64,000 nucleotides of DNA from Mobula birostris. Lineage: Eukaryota. Shown here piece after piece: positions 1 to 13,289 of the stretch. The notes under the pieces were generated by a model, which worked only from the letters and a program-made list of their open reading frames with translations, ran no database searches and was not told the origin of the DNA. Position 1 is the stretch's first letter, and each line of letters opens with the position of its first letter. The stretch lies in assembly GCF_030028105.1 (NCBI RefSeq), contig NC_092402.1:28566843-28630842 (forward strand). Reading direction: 5' to 3'. Both the position numbers and the translations under genes were made by a program.

Positions 1-584
1 CGACAAGCACGACCCACTTATACCACCACACTAGACGCATCACAACGATTTGACACCAAATTTACTGTGTTGCTTTAAATTTGGCATTATGCTAAAATCC
101 AGTGACTCCTGAGCTTTCAAGTTACATTACAGTCCTCAATGTCAGGATCTCAGGATATATAAACACTGTCATTTAATGCGCCAACATTTCAATTAAATCT
201 TTGTCTCAGTCAAAATATGTTGCTGAGAAATCAGTATTGCTTTGAAATCTAACTGGGATCTAACTGGGGAATTTACATTAGTGAAAGTTGGTGTCATGAA
301 CTTTGAAGTGAAGGGAAAGCTCAATGACAATGTTACAATGCAACCATATAATTTTATCAGTAGAACTTTCATGAAACAAAGCTCCTCCAGCAAGTCCTGT
401 CATTTAACGTTAAAATATATTGATATTTCTGTTTGAATATAAACAAATAACTATTGCAGTAATTTAAGCTAGCAAAGCATTGAAATGAATTGTTAAAGGA
501 GTGCCTATATTTTGTAGAAACTATCAAAATTAAAGACATAATTGTGAAAAATATGTTTCAGACAGAGATTGTGTGAGACCTCTT

Positions 585-1345
585 GGATTTAATGCTGATG
601 CTTTATAAGGCACTGTTGAGGCCTCACCTTGAGTATTGTGAACAGTTTTGGGCCCCTCATCTTAGAAAAGATCTGCTGTCATTGGAGAGGGTCCAGAGGA
701 GGTTCACAAGGATGATTCCAGGAATGAAAGGGTTATCATATTAGGAACATTTGATGCCTCTGGATTTGTACTTGCTGGAATTCAGGAGGCTGAGGGGGGA
801 TCTCATTGAAACTTTTCGAAAGTTGAAAGGCCTAGACAGAGTAGATGTGGAAAAGATGTTTCCCATGATGAGAGAGTCTAAGACAAGACGGCACAGCCTC
901 AGGATACAGGGGCGCCCTTTAAAAACAGAGATTCGGAGAAATTTCTTTAGCCAAAGGGTGGTAAATTTGTGGAATTTGTTGCCACATGCAGCTGTGGAGG
1001 CCAGGTCATTGGGTGTATTTAGGGCAGAGATTGATAGATTCTTGATTGGACGTGGCATCAAAGGTTACGGGGAGAAGGCCAGGAACTGGGGTTGAGGAAG
1101 AGATAAAAAAAAGATCAGCCATGATTGAATGGTGGAGCAGACTCTGGGCCAGGTGGCCTAATTCTGCTCCTATGTCTTATGGTCTTATGGCCTATGGAAT
1201 GAAGGGATGGGGGGGGGGGGGGTGGGAAAGGCAGGAGATCTGGGCTGAGAGGGAAATTGGATCAGCCATGTTGAAATGGTGGATCAGACTTGATGGGCCA
1301 AATGGCCTAATTCTGCTCCTATATCTGATAATCTTATGATCTTAT
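585..1345 (+). mobile_element. CR1 LINE 3' fragment (RT C-terminus and 3'UTR, with a second tandem 3'UTR)
   Basis: LYKAL.RPHLEYC and ORF 751-1095 (RRLRGDLIETF...RNFFSQRVVNLWN) are typical CR1 ORF2 C-terminal motifs. The (tatggtct)n-type tail follows. Confidence 0.9.
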
Positions 1346-1444
1346 TACACAATACAATGAGTACAATGCTGGCAGCTGTGAGAGGGTGGAATAGCATCCA
1401 TAAGTGATTTAGAGGCCTTTCTTTAGTATAACATTAAGTATCAT

Positions 1445-1700
1445 GGGGCACTACAGTAATGTAGTGATTAACGTAATGTTTTACAGTGTCAGCGATCAGG
1501 GTTTAATTTCTGCCACTGTCAGTAAGGAGCTTGCACTTTCTTCCTGTGACTGCATGGGCTTCATCCCAGTGCTCCAGATTCCTCCCAAGTTCCATATAAA
1601 TTAGGGGTAGAATTTGGTTAGTGAGCCTTGGGCAGGCTATATTGGCACTGGAAACATGGCTGCACTTGCAGGCTGCCCAGCACAATCTTTGCTGATTTGA
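1445..1700 (+). mobile_element. tRNA-derived V-SINE-like SINE (decayed)
   Basis: A-box-like taatgtagtga and B-box-like gtttaattt, followed by a central gtgactgcatgggcttc...ttcctccca domain shared with 1703-1985 and 26357-26735. Confidence 0.65.
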
Positions 1701-1702
1701 TC

Positions 1703-1985
1703 ATGGCACCACGGTAGTGTAACGGTTAGCAAGATGCTATTACAGCTTAGGGCATCGGAATTCAGAGTTGAATTTCAGTGTCCTCTGTAAGTAAGTTGGT
1801 ATGTTCCTTCCCATGTGCTCTGGTTTCCTCCCACAGTCCAAAGACATCCTGGTTAGTAGGTTAATTGATTGTCATGAAATTGTCCCGTGATTCGGCTAGG
1901 GTTAAATCAGGGGTCGGTGGGTAGCGTGGCTTGAAGGGCCAGAAGGGCCTATTCCATGCTGTATCTCAATAAATAAATCAAATAA
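1703..1985 (+). mobile_element. tRNA-derived V-SINE (HE1-like)
   Basis: Head ggtagtgtaacggttagc, V-domain ggtttcctcccacagtccaaagac, and a (aataa)n tail. Confidence 0.75.
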
Positions 1986-2310
1986 AAAGCTTAAAATATT
2001 CCATTTTATATTTTGTTACAAATGCATTCAGCTACATGAATAGGCCAGAAGAATAGAAAAAATACTTTAAGGCCACATTGTTAAAATATTATAACAAAAG
2101 CATAAATTGCAGTAAGTTGTATTAGACTCAGGCATTTCACAAGACAAAGGAGCAGAAGTAGGCCATTCAGCCCACCGAGTCTGCTCTGCCACTCCACCAT
2201 AAGCTAAACTATTCTCCCATCTAGTTCCAATTTCTGGCTTTTTCCCCATATCCCTTGATACCCTGACTAATTAGATACCTATCAATCTCCTCCTTAAACA
2301 ACCTCAATGA

Positions 2311-4975
2311 TCAGGCCTCCACAGCTGTATGTGGCAACGAATTCCATAAATCCATGACCCTCTGGCTAAAAAAAATTCTTCTCATCTCTGTTTTAAATGG
2401 GTACCCTCTAATTCTAAGATTGTGGCCTCTTGTCTTGGACTCACCCACCAAGGGAAACAGCCTTTCCACATCTACTCTGTCCAAGCCTTTCAACATTCGA
2501 CATCTTCTATACTCTAATGAATACACTCCAAGAGCCGACAAATATTCCTCATATGTTAGCCCCTGCATTCCAGGAATCATCCTCGTAAATCTTTTCTGAA
2601 CTCTCTCCAACATCAGAACATTCCTTCTAAGACTGGGGGCCCAAGACTGCACACAATATTCCAAATGAGGTCTCACTAATGCCCATAGAGCCTCATCAAC
2701 ACCTCCTTACTCTTATACACTATTCCTCTTGAAATGAATGCCAACACAGCATTCACTTTCTTTACTGCCGATCCAACCTGGTGGTTAACCTTTAGGGTAT
2801 CCTGCACAAGGACCCCCAAGTCCCTTTGCACTTCCGATTTTTGAATTTTCTCCCCATCTAATTAATAATTGGCCCGATTATTTCTTCTTCCAAAATGTAC
2901 AACCGTACATTTCTCAACATTGTATCTCATCTGCCATTTCTTTGCCCACTCTCCTAAACTGACCAAGTCTCTCTGCAACCTTTCAGTTTCTTCAACACTT
3001 CCTGCTCCTCCATCTATCTTGGCATCATCTGCAAACTTAGCCACAAAACCATTTAATCCATAATCTAAATCATTGATATACATTGTAAAAAGAAGCCGCC
3101 CCAACACCGACCCCTGTGGAACACCACTAGTAACCAGCAACCAGTCAGAATAGGATCCCTTTATTCCCACCCTTTGCTTTCTGCCTATCAGCCAATGCTC
3201 CACCCATTCCAATATCTTTAGTGTAATTCCATGGGCTCTCATCTTATTAAGCAGCCTCATATGCAACACCTTATCAAAGGCCTTTTCAAAATCCAAATAC
3301 ACAACATCCACAGCCTCTCCCTTATCAATCTTATTTGAGATTACCTCAAAAAATTCCAATAGGTTGGTGAGGCAGGATCTTCCCTTCATGAAGCCATGCT
3401 GGCTTGGGTTTATCTTGCATGCACCTCGAGGTATTTCATAACCTCGTCCTTGAGGATCAACTCAATAACTTTCCAACTACCGATGTCAGACTAATAGGTC
3501 TGTAATTTTCTTTTTGCTGCCTCCCTCCTTTCTTAAACAGCGGAACTACATTTGTGACCTTCCAGTCCTCCGGAACCATGCCAGAGTCTATTGATTCCTG
3601 GAAGATCATTTCCAATGCCTCCACATTCTCCAAAGCCACCTCCTTCAGAACCCGTGGGTGCACCTCATCCGGTCCGGGAGACTTAACTATTCTTAGTCCA
3701 TTTAGCTTCCCAAGCACTTTCTCTCTAGTAATCTTGACTGTACCTAATTCTATTCCCAGAGACCTCTGGCTATCAAGTATGTTGCTAATATCTTCCACTG
3801 TGAAGACTGATGCAAAATACTCATTTAGTTCCTCTGCCATCTCTTTGTTACCTGTTATAATTTCTCCAGCGTCATTTTCAATCGGTCCTATATCTACCCG
3901 TGTCACTCTTTTACCCTTCATATATTTAAAAAAACTTTTAGTATCCTTTTTAATGTTAATTGCTAACTTCCTTTCATAATTCATCTTTTTTTTCCTAATG
4001 ACTTTCTTAGTTTCCTTCTGTAAGTTTTTAAAAGTCGTCCAGTCCTCAGTTTTCCCACAGATTTTTGCTTCCTTGTATGCCGTCTCTTTGGCTTTTATTT
4101 TAACCTTAACCTCTCTCGTTAGCCACATTTATGCCATTTTTCCATTCATGATTTTCTTTTTTCTTGGAATATATTTTTCCTGCATTTTCCTTATTTCATG
4201 TAGGAATTTCATCCAATTCTGCTCTACCATCCTTCCACCTAGCTTTCTCTTCCAATCTACTTCGGCCAGTTCCTCGATCATACCACTGTAATTTCCTTTG
4301 TTCCACTGAAATATCGATACACCTGATACCAGCTTCTCCTTTTCAAATTTGAAACTGAACTCAATCATATCATGATCACTACTTCCAAGGGGTTCCATTA
4401 CCTCCAGCTCCCTAATCGCCTCAGGTTCATTACACAACACCCAATCCAAAACAGTCAATCCCCTGGTGGGCTTATGGACAAGCTGACCAAAAAACCATCC
4501 CATAGGCTTTCTACAAACTCCCTCTCCTGAGTCTAGTACTTTCCTGACCTCCCCAATCCACTATCATATTAAAATCCCCCATAATTATCTTGACATTTTC
4601 CTTCTGACACTGTCTTTCTATTTCCAGCTGTAACTTGTAGTCCCCATCCTGGCTGCTGTTCGGAGGACCGTATATAACTACTATTAGTGTCTTTTTACCC
4701 TTGCTATTTCTTAATTCTACCCATAAGGATTCTACCTCTTCTGACCCTATGTCCCTTCTTTCTAGTTATTTGTTATTGTTGCTTACCATCAGGACCACGC
4801 CACCCCCTTTACCACCTTCCTATCCTTCCTATACACTGTGTATCCTTGGACATTCAGCTCCCAATCACATCCATTATTTAGCCATGACTTAGTGATGGCC
4901 ACAATGTCATATCTTCTAACCTGCAGCTGTACAACAAGGTCATCCACTTTATTTCTAATGCTGCATGCATTTAAG
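2311..4975 (-). pseudogene. CR1 ORF2 (APE endonuclease and reverse transcriptase), broken by stops and frameshifts
   Basis: SDH endonuclease motif, DFEKAFDKV, PQGSVLG, YINDL and FADD, spread over several frames. Confidence 0.93.
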
Positions 4976-4977
4976 TA

Positions 4978-6532
4978 CAGGTTTCCCCCGCCATCCGAAG
5001 GTAGAACGTTCCTATGAAATGGTTCGTAAGCTGAGATGTCGTAAAGCAAAGAAGCAATTACCATTTATTTATATGGGAAAATTTTGTGAGTGTTCACAGA
5101 CCCAAAAATAACCTACCAAATCATGCCAAATAACACATAGAACCGAAAATAACAGTAACATTTAGTAAAAGCAGGAATGATATGATAAATACACAGCCTA
5201 TATAAAGTAGAAATACTTTTCCACAATCATTAATGAACTGTTCTCCGTAGCGAAAATCTCACGCAAGCGCCGTCAGCAAAAAATCTCACGCAAGCGCTGT
5301 TGGCAAGAACACTCTCTCCAGTAACCTTTAAGCTATGAAGCTGCCAAATCATACCAAATAACACGTAAAAATACACAGCCTATATAAAGTAGAAATAATG
5401 TATGTACAGTGTAGTATCACTTACGGGAATCGGGAAGACAGCGAGCACACTGATGATGGTGTGTTAGACTTGTCGGAGTTTGGGCAGTGCAGTGGCCCCC
5501 ACCCTCTGGGCCGCTGAACGATACATTGCCGCGAAGCATGCAGGAATGCAGCAGTAGCTGGGAGGTACACAGCACATCTTTAAGAAAAAAGCCGAAATAA
5601 ACAAGCTAATCAATTAGGTGCCGTCCGACACGTAATTGTCGGCCCAGATCAGTGCCGATTTCCGATTTCGTCGTCTCTGATCTGGGTCGGCAGCACCTGA
5701 TTCATTAACATAATTATTTTGGCTTTTTTCTTAAAGATGTGCTATGTGCCTCCCAGCTACCGTTGCATTCTCCGCGAATCGGTATCTGTCCGTGTCCTGG
5801 GGGTTGGGGTGGTGGGACACTGGGGTGTCATCTCGTCGCCTGTTTCCATTAGAGCAGGCAGCTCATCTTCTCCTATGACTGCCCGCCTCCATGTCGAAGG
5901 TCGAGGTTCGTCGCCTGCTGTGGCTGGTGTGGAAAGCTTGCTTGACTGCTGAGCCTCACGTATTTTTCTATCACACAGTTCTTTAATAAGGACTCAAACC
6001 ATCCTGCAAATATCCCCTAAACCGACGTACCCTTTCAAAATTAAAGTCGTACTTTATCATTACTCATTCGGTTTCCATTGTTATCCTTTTTTCTTCCAAT
6101 TGCATCAGCTCTTCATCTGTCAGTTCTTGGTGATGGGATGCCAAAACCTCTTCAACATTATGTTCGTCAGCTTCCACAAGCCAAACTCACGTTGTCCTTA
6201 CTTCGTTCGCCACGATCAAAATGCTTAATTATGTCTAGTTTTACTGTAAGTGTAACACCCTTACGAGCTCTTTCAGGCTTTTCCGATACCATAGAACTCA
6301 TCTTGCAAACGGCTGCTCACAGGCACGTGTTAAAGCAAAGCAGTTCCGAATCCGGGGGAGAGCGGCTGCCCGGGACACGCTGTCTTTTATCGCGCACTGA
6401 TTTTTTCGCGAGCTGATATTTTTTTTCGTAACAGTGAAAACACCTTCTGAAAGCAAAAACAGGGTACTAATGTAGGTCTTTCGTAACAGTGAGGTTTTGT
6501 AAAGCAGACGTTCGAAAAGTGGGGGACACCTG
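4978..6532 (-). mobile_element. Tigger/pogo-like DNA transposon, internally deleted non-autonomous copy
   Basis: TA duplication at 4976-4977 and 6533-6534. Imperfect TIRs CAGGTTTCCCCCG.. and ..GGGGGACACCTG. A minus-strand remnant from about 6300 reads MSSMVSEKPERARKGVTLTVKLDIIKHFDRGERSKD, a CENP-B/psq-type HTH N-terminus. Confidence 0.88.
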
Positions 6533-6696
6533 TATCTGTTACCAATTTTACTATATTTCTATCGCACAGCAAATTATCCTGTCTATTCACCTGCCTGTCC
6601 TTCTTGCCATCTTTGCTGCACAGTATCTTTGACTTATTTCTATTTTCCTCTTCCTCGACCCTAACACCCTGGTTTCCTTCCCCCTGCCAACTTAGT

Positions 6697-7170
6697 TTAA
6701 ACCCTAACAGCTATATTAAACAATCCCGCTAGGATATTAGTACCCTTTGAGTTCAGGTGTAACCCATCGTTTTTGTATAAGTCATACCTCCCCCAAAATA
6801 GATCCCAATGATCCAAGAATTTGAAGCCCTGCCCCCTGCACCAGTTACTTAGCCACACATTCATCTGCTTAATTCTGCTATTCTTACCTTCATTACCATG
6901 TGGCTCAGGCAGTAATCCTGAGATTATTACTCTGGAGGTCCGGCTTTTCAACTTTCTTCCTAGTTCCCAGTAATCTTCCTTCAGGACCTCCTCTCTTTTT
7001 CTGTCCATGTCATTGGTACCAACATGTACCAAGACTTCTGGCTGCTCACCCTCTCTCCTCAGAATACTCTGGACCCGATCTGAGACATCCCATACCCTGG
7101 CACCAGGGAGGCAACACACCATCCGGGTATCCTTGTCCGGCTCGCAGAATCTCTTGTCTGTTCCCCTCAC
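6697..7170 (-). pseudogene. CR1 ORF1 SGNH/GDSL esterase domain
   Basis: VCCLPGARV, VHVGTND and DGLHLN are SGNH hydrolase block motifs found in CR1 ORF1p. Confidence 0.9.
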
Positions 7171-9150
7171 TATGGAATCCCCTATAACTACTGCATTTCT
7201 CCTTGCTCTCTTGATTACGGCACTGGGCAGAGTGCCAGAGTCCCGTTCGCTGTGGTCTTCCTCTCTCAGGTCAACCTCTCCAACAGTATTTTAAACGATA
7301 TATCGATTTCTGAGGGGGACTGTCACAGAGGTCACAGATTTCATGTATCTTATTTGTTATACAGTGAAACTTGTAATGCAGTGACGAGAAGGAATGCAGT
7401 ATTATTTGGGTGCCATCAGTTATGTACACTATATAGTAAAACCAACGTTTCAGTGAAATCTACAAATCATTTTTAAGGTAATACTTTTACCACAGTGTAA
7501 TTAGTGCTTCAGTGAAGCCATCATCCTGAAGCCATATTGCAATATGTCAGGTTGCACAGATGTACCACTGGATTCTGCATAAAAGAAAAATCTAAATTAC
7601 AATGCATTAATGTCTCTCATGAAACCACCTTCATTACACTGAAAACAGCTTGCTGCATTGAAATTAATGGGCAAAGAAAACAGTACCATAGGTGAAACTG
7701 CTATAGCTAGTTGAATCTGTAGTAAAGTAACACTGTTTGTAACAGAATGAAAGCAACATTATGTACTGATCCCATGTTGAAGTAAAATCTGTATTGGAAG
7801 GAAGCTGGTGAAGTTTGTTACCTGCATGATATTCAAAGAATAATATGCTAAAGTAAAATAATAATAGTGTAATGAATTTTATGTTGGATCTTGAATTTGA
7901 GTGGAATATCAGTGAAACATAACAATAAAGCCAAAAGACCATGTACATTGGACAACTATATTACAGCACATCATCAGCTAATGTATTCATTACTTCAGCC
8001 CTGTGCTGCAGCAATTATACTTTGCATTCAGACCGAATCACAGGAAAATCTGGCTTGCCACAAGCCCTGAATTTCTATAAACATGTTGCTGCAGTAAGCC
8101 AGTGCTATAGCAATATACCTGCAAAATAAATCACAAGTACTTCAGATTTTCCAAGTGATCTGTGCCAATGAATAATCTGTAGTATGATCAAATTTATTAG
8201 AGGGGAAGTATAACCAGGATTGCAGTAAGTTCAAATCTACATTGAAAGCTGAAAGATTATAAAATCAGTGCTACAGAGAAATAATTTAACTATATAAAAA
8301 AAACTATCGTGCATTGATCTCAATTACAGATGTAAGTCACATCACAGCAAATCTAGCTTTGCATTCAAATCTGTACTTAAGAAAATCTGGTGTTAAAATG
8401 AAAGCCACCTCAGTGAGTCACTAAACTGAAAGAGGTGAATTACATAGAATACCTAATTATATTGCAATTTGTGTTGCAGTAAATCCTGAGCTGAAACTAT
8501 AATGTTAATACATTTATTGGAGAATCTAATGAAAGTTGCATTAAAGTAAATATTGGCAAGTGGCACAGGTGCATTGAATTGTTGTAATGGGCTGGGCTAA
8601 TCAGACCCAATTATTCGAGTGTCCAGGAGATGTGGTAGTAAGTGCAGAAGCCGAACAAAGTAACTTACTGTAAGGGTAGTTTATTATCATCAAATATTTA
8701 GTACAAATAAATCACCTGAAATACTACATAGCAAGTCAGAAAGATTTCTGGTCTCACACTTTCTGGTCATCACTTGGTTGTTGTTGGGGTAACTCCATTT
8801 CCAAGTCATGAGAACACCCCTTGGTTTCAGGCACCGATTGTGAGTCCAGGCCGGCTGAAGTTTCAGTAAAGTCTGAAAACTTCCTCTGTATATGCAATTT
8901 TCAGAAGCACAGTGTCAGCAAGAGAGACAAATACTTTGTTCTCATGCCAGTACCAGTCTAGTTTCTTTCAAGCAACACATCTTGTCTGTTAACACAGTCT
9001 TCAGCACACTCTCATATATCAACTCGACATTTTAATGACTACTCCTTGTTATCTCATTCATTAATCTCACAATGTATGTGACACACAATGTTCCTTGGGC
9101 TTCCACAGTACATTAATATAAATGATACCTCCGAGTTCAGAAAGAGTCCA

Positions 9151-9557
9151 GCTTTCAAAGAGTCAGCTTTCAGCAGACATTTAAAGGTTCAAAGGTTAAT
9201 TTATTATCAAAGTATACAACTCTGAATTTTTTTCTCCTCTGGGTAGCCATGAAACCAAGAAAGAAAAGAAAGGCAACACGGTCATCAACTCCAAAGCCAC
9301 CCTCCCCACACAAAAAAAGGCAAAAACAGAACAGGCACATCAACCCTCAAATCCCCTATCCCTGCACAAAAAAATGAGCAAAATAAAACAAATATATCGA
9401 CTCCCAAATCCCCCCTGCACAAAGAAAATGAAAAAGATTGGGCGAAAAACACAAAATATGAAAAAACTATAAGACTGAAAGAAGTCTATAGTCCAAATCC
9501 ATATCCAAACCACAGAAAATCTGGGTAAGGTAACATTCTTCAGTCATTACAAGCTAT
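9151..9557 (-). mobile_element. 5'-truncated non-autonomous retroelement (SINE-like) with (ttgaacct)n-type tail
   Basis: Tail aaaggttcaaaggtt followed by tttatt (minus-strand AATAAA). Bracketed by the 18-bp direct repeat gagttcagaaagagtcca at 9133-9150 and 9558-9575. Resembles the 3' ends at 18570 and 19475. Confidence 0.6.
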
Positions 9558-11782
9558 GAGTTCAGAAAGAGTCCACTTATCACCCCAGCTAATAGATATT
9601 CAATCATCGTTTTACAAATCCCAATTTGCTACAATTGTACTTCACTTCAATAAATCATAAATGCATGATGGAAATTATGGTAAATGTTTAATCCCAGCCT
9701 TTTTCTGCTTGTTATTTTAATGGTTGGTTGGGGTATTCAAAAACAAGATTTTCTCTAAAACAAATTGATTTTCTACCCTAATAATGAATTCTGATAGAAT
9801 ATTGAGATTTTTTTTGATCTATGCCTGTTTAATTTTTCACTAAAGTAATGAATGGAAGAAAACATAGTCTAAGATTCTAAAATATATTTTGTTTCAATAA
9901 CAATAATCTGCTCAACTTTCCAGGAAAATTAAAACAGTTTTGGGTCACTTACTTTCCTGACATCAGCTTTTTACTTTCAACTTGGTTGTTAAATCAGGGT
10001 AACTGTGAGATTCAAGCAAAACTTGAGATTGAGCTGCCTGTGTCTTTGTCTGTGTATCGTTGTGTCTGTAACCATGATGCCTTAAAGAACTCATTACTGA
10101 GCTGTCACTGTCTGTCTATCCATATATCCCTGTACACTATATCAAGAACAATGAGGCTTGAAAGGACCACTTACCAAGTTGCCTGTGCCTATTTTTCTAG
10201 GGTTGTAATTGTAGGGCTAGATACAATGTATACTGATGTGTCCTTGTCTGTCAGTCCATCTTCAGTCAATGGAGAGCCCTTAATGAGTTTCAAAGGATTC
10301 TCATGGAATAGAAACAAAAGGTCTGAAAATAATTTCATGTGATTAATACAAATAACATGAAGATTATTTCTCACATTTTAACAGACAGTTCAGCAAAGGC
10401 AATAGGAGAAATATTATTCCTGTACATGACTACTTTTGTATAGAGGAAAAACCATTGACCCATGAGTTATTGAGGTCTTGACATTGATACTATTACAGCA
10501 ATGATTCTGCCGTTCATTTTACTAAAATCTATTTTAATTTCAATGTGCTCTGTTATGATCATATTGCAGGAAGAGTAGGAAGAGTAGAAACAGACCTCTT
10601 TGAGCTAATTCAATTTGATCTCAGCTAACTTTCTAACTTGGATCCGTTTTTTTTCATGTTATCCCCATACTTAGTGCTGGATCGAGATATCAATTGAGAG
10701 TCTTCAACACACTTAAGAACTGCACATTCAGAGTCATCTGTGGTTTACACCTTCTGTGAATAAATTTCTTCTCATCTTAGTCCTAAATGGAAGAGCTTAG
10801 ATTTAGATAGGGACACCTGATGTTATCATATTGGACACAAATCCAGGAAAACTTGTACTTGTATAGCAGCTTTACATATTGTTGAAATGTGCCAAAATAT
10901 TCCATATAAATAATTACTTTAGCAGTAAATTAAAAGTGTAGGCAAACAGTAAATTGCCATTTATTAAAATTTCATTTCACAAAAGTAATGAACAGAATTT
11001 TTTCAGATTCCTTGTTGTGGCAAAATTTTGTTTTCTCTTTCAGCAACAATTATAACAGTGCTGAAATGCAAACAAAATTGTAATTTATTTATTTAATACA
11101 TGACCTACTTTATTTGCCAGGTGGTGCTTATTTTCTCTGCAGAACACCGCAGATTAAAGGGATTTTTTGCTCTGCTGATGATTGGAACAACAGTTACTGA
11201 ACTGTGCCCAAGTGCTGTTGCCTAATCAGAATCTTTCAGGTGGATTTCCCATAATCAGCATCACTGGTAACCCTAGCTTTGAGCAACTGTCGCATTACAA
11301 TCTATTGATGTTTCCCCAGAATCAATGAATTAGCATCTTTTTGAGGCATTTGTGTCTGAACATTTGGCGGTCTGTTTCTCAGAACCTGGTATGAAAGTTG
11401 CTCAGAGCCGCAATAAGATAATGCAATGTCAGTCTTGTTGTGTACTGACAACAAATATATTGATTTTTAGCTCTATGAAAAGAAAATATTTTCTGTGATT
11501 ACTTATAGAATTGAGTGGAAGTAAGCTATCTGGAGGCGAATGTTCGGAATTACTTTCAGGCAAAACCTTTACTGTGCATTTGTTCTTGAGATTGTAATCA
11601 AGTGAAGAAATTATCATTTTCGATGGTATTGCTTGTCTGAATTTATGTGATATTAAATCGTGAACATTAAAAAAAGTTAACTGTGTTCACAGAACTAGAT
11701 CCTAAACTATATAGTGGATTACTTTCTGCTTTTTGTACAAACAGGGAATCTTTATGTTTTGATAGATTCATGTTAAAGGTCT

Positions 11783-12160
11783 GAATGTTAAAAGGCCTGC
11801 CAGCAGATTAAATATGGCAAGGTTGTTTCCCATGGTAGGGGAGTCTGGGACAAGAGGGCACAACTTCAGGATTGAAGGACGTTCATTTAGAACAGAGATG
11901 CAGAGAAATTACTTTAGTCAGAGGGTGGTAAATCTGTGGAATTTGTTGCCACGAGCGGCTGTGGAGGCCAAGTCATAGGATGCATTTAAGGCAGAGATAG
12001 ATCGATTCTTGATTAGCCAGGGCATCAAAGAATATGGGCAGAAGGCAGGGGAGTGAGGTTGACTGGAAGAATTGGATCAGCCCATGACTGAATGGCAGAG
12101 CAGACTCGATGGGCCACATGGCCTACTTCTGCTCCTATACCTTATGGTCTTATGGTCTTA
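11783..12160 (+). mobile_element. CR1 3' fragment
   Basis: agagggtggtaaatctgtggaatttgttgcc, then the 3'UTR and a (ttatggtc)3 tail. Confidence 0.9.
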
Positions 12161-12594
12161 TGTCTGCAATTCAAAATTACTCTTACCAACATTAATGTGG
12201 TAGGTGGTCAATCAGGATCTATCGATAATAAAGCTCCTGTCATTTTATTTTCATTATTTGAATTAGCATGTTACCAAAGTGAAAGATTTTCTCTACCTTT
12301 TTGGAAAGAGTCCACGTATTTCCTCAACCATGTTTTGGGGAACTGGTTGAAAAATATGCATAGACCCTGTGGTGTCTGATGGTAAACTAGACACCTATGG
12401 TCAATGATGACAAGGGTCCAAATTTTCCATAGCCAAGAAAAAAGAAGAAAAGAGAAGCTTGAAATATGGAATAGATGGAGATGTAAGCTACAAATAGATC
12501 CTAAGAAAATATTAAAACTTCTGTGAGGAAACAGAACAAGGTGATAAGACACATCTTAAATTTAATTTGATATTGAAAGAGAATTATTTTCACT

Positions 12595-12960
12595 TTCATT
12601 TGTTCATTCATTATGTGCCGGATCATATGACATGGATGATCATTGTTTTTCTATGACCATGATTGTTCTTGACAAGTTATTTCTTTTCTGCAGTAGTTTG
12701 CCATTGCCTTCTTCTGGGCAGTGTTTTTACAAGATGGGTGACCCCAGCCATTATCAATACACTTCAGAGATTGTCTGCCTGGCATCAGTTGTCGCATAAC
12801 CAGGATTTGTGATCTGTACTAGCTGCTCATACGACCCTTCACCTCCTGCTCCCATGGCTTCACCTGATCCTGATCGGGGTTGCCCAAGGGTGATCTGCAA
12901 GCCTGTGGAGGGAAGGAGCATCTTACACTTCCTTTGGTAGAGACGTATCTCTAAACTACC
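12595..12960 (-). mobile_element. RTE-related SINE or non-autonomous element
   Basis: Contains gtagtttgccattgccttc, the motif typical of RTE/Bov-B-associated SINEs, next to a (ttca)n tail. Confidence 0.45.
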
Positions 12961-13289
12961 AGCCTAATTTCCTCATCAGATTTGCCAAGTATGTAGCTGT
13001 AATGGAATTAATGGGCAAGAAACATTTGAAGGTCCATCTCGTTCAACTGCTCCTCACCTCATAATCACATGATACAAAGATGCTAGAACTGGGGATTAAT
13101 TATAGCAAAAAATCAACTGGACAAAAAAAATCTGATGTGAGGTAAAGGAAATGCCAGATGATGGCAAACATTGAAACTCATTGGCCCAAAGTCATCTGTT
13201 CCACTCAATACCAGGTAACACCTCACAAAATTACTGTATCCTTAATTATTATTTTCAAAAAGAAATTATATTTTGATGTTTGAATAACT

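Larger units (their letters stand above)
2135..7330 (-). mobile_element. Near full-length CR1 LINE (ORF1 and ORF2), degenerate, interrupted by a Tigger insertion
   Basis: Colinear minus-strand ORFs: esterase ORF1 (6697-7170), APE start YLNACSIRNK...ITKSWL (4789-4975), 4129-4503, 3457-4128 (KSPGPD, NYRPISLTS), 2862-3389 (GVPQGSVLG, FADD), 2311-2676, then the 3'UTR. Confidence 0.95.

Noticed and set aside
1-57. Compositionally odd, CpG-rich first 57 nt
   Set aside because: Too short to interpret and may be a window or contig edge artefact. No motif was recognised.
1703-1780. tRNA gene
   Set aside because: The A/B boxes are degenerate and run into the SINE body. This is a tRNA-derived SINE head, not a cloverleaf.
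741-4352. Numerous antisense ORFs overlapping CR1 ORF2 pieces
   Set aside because: They are shadow frames of the LINE coding sequence and recur in each CR1 copy.
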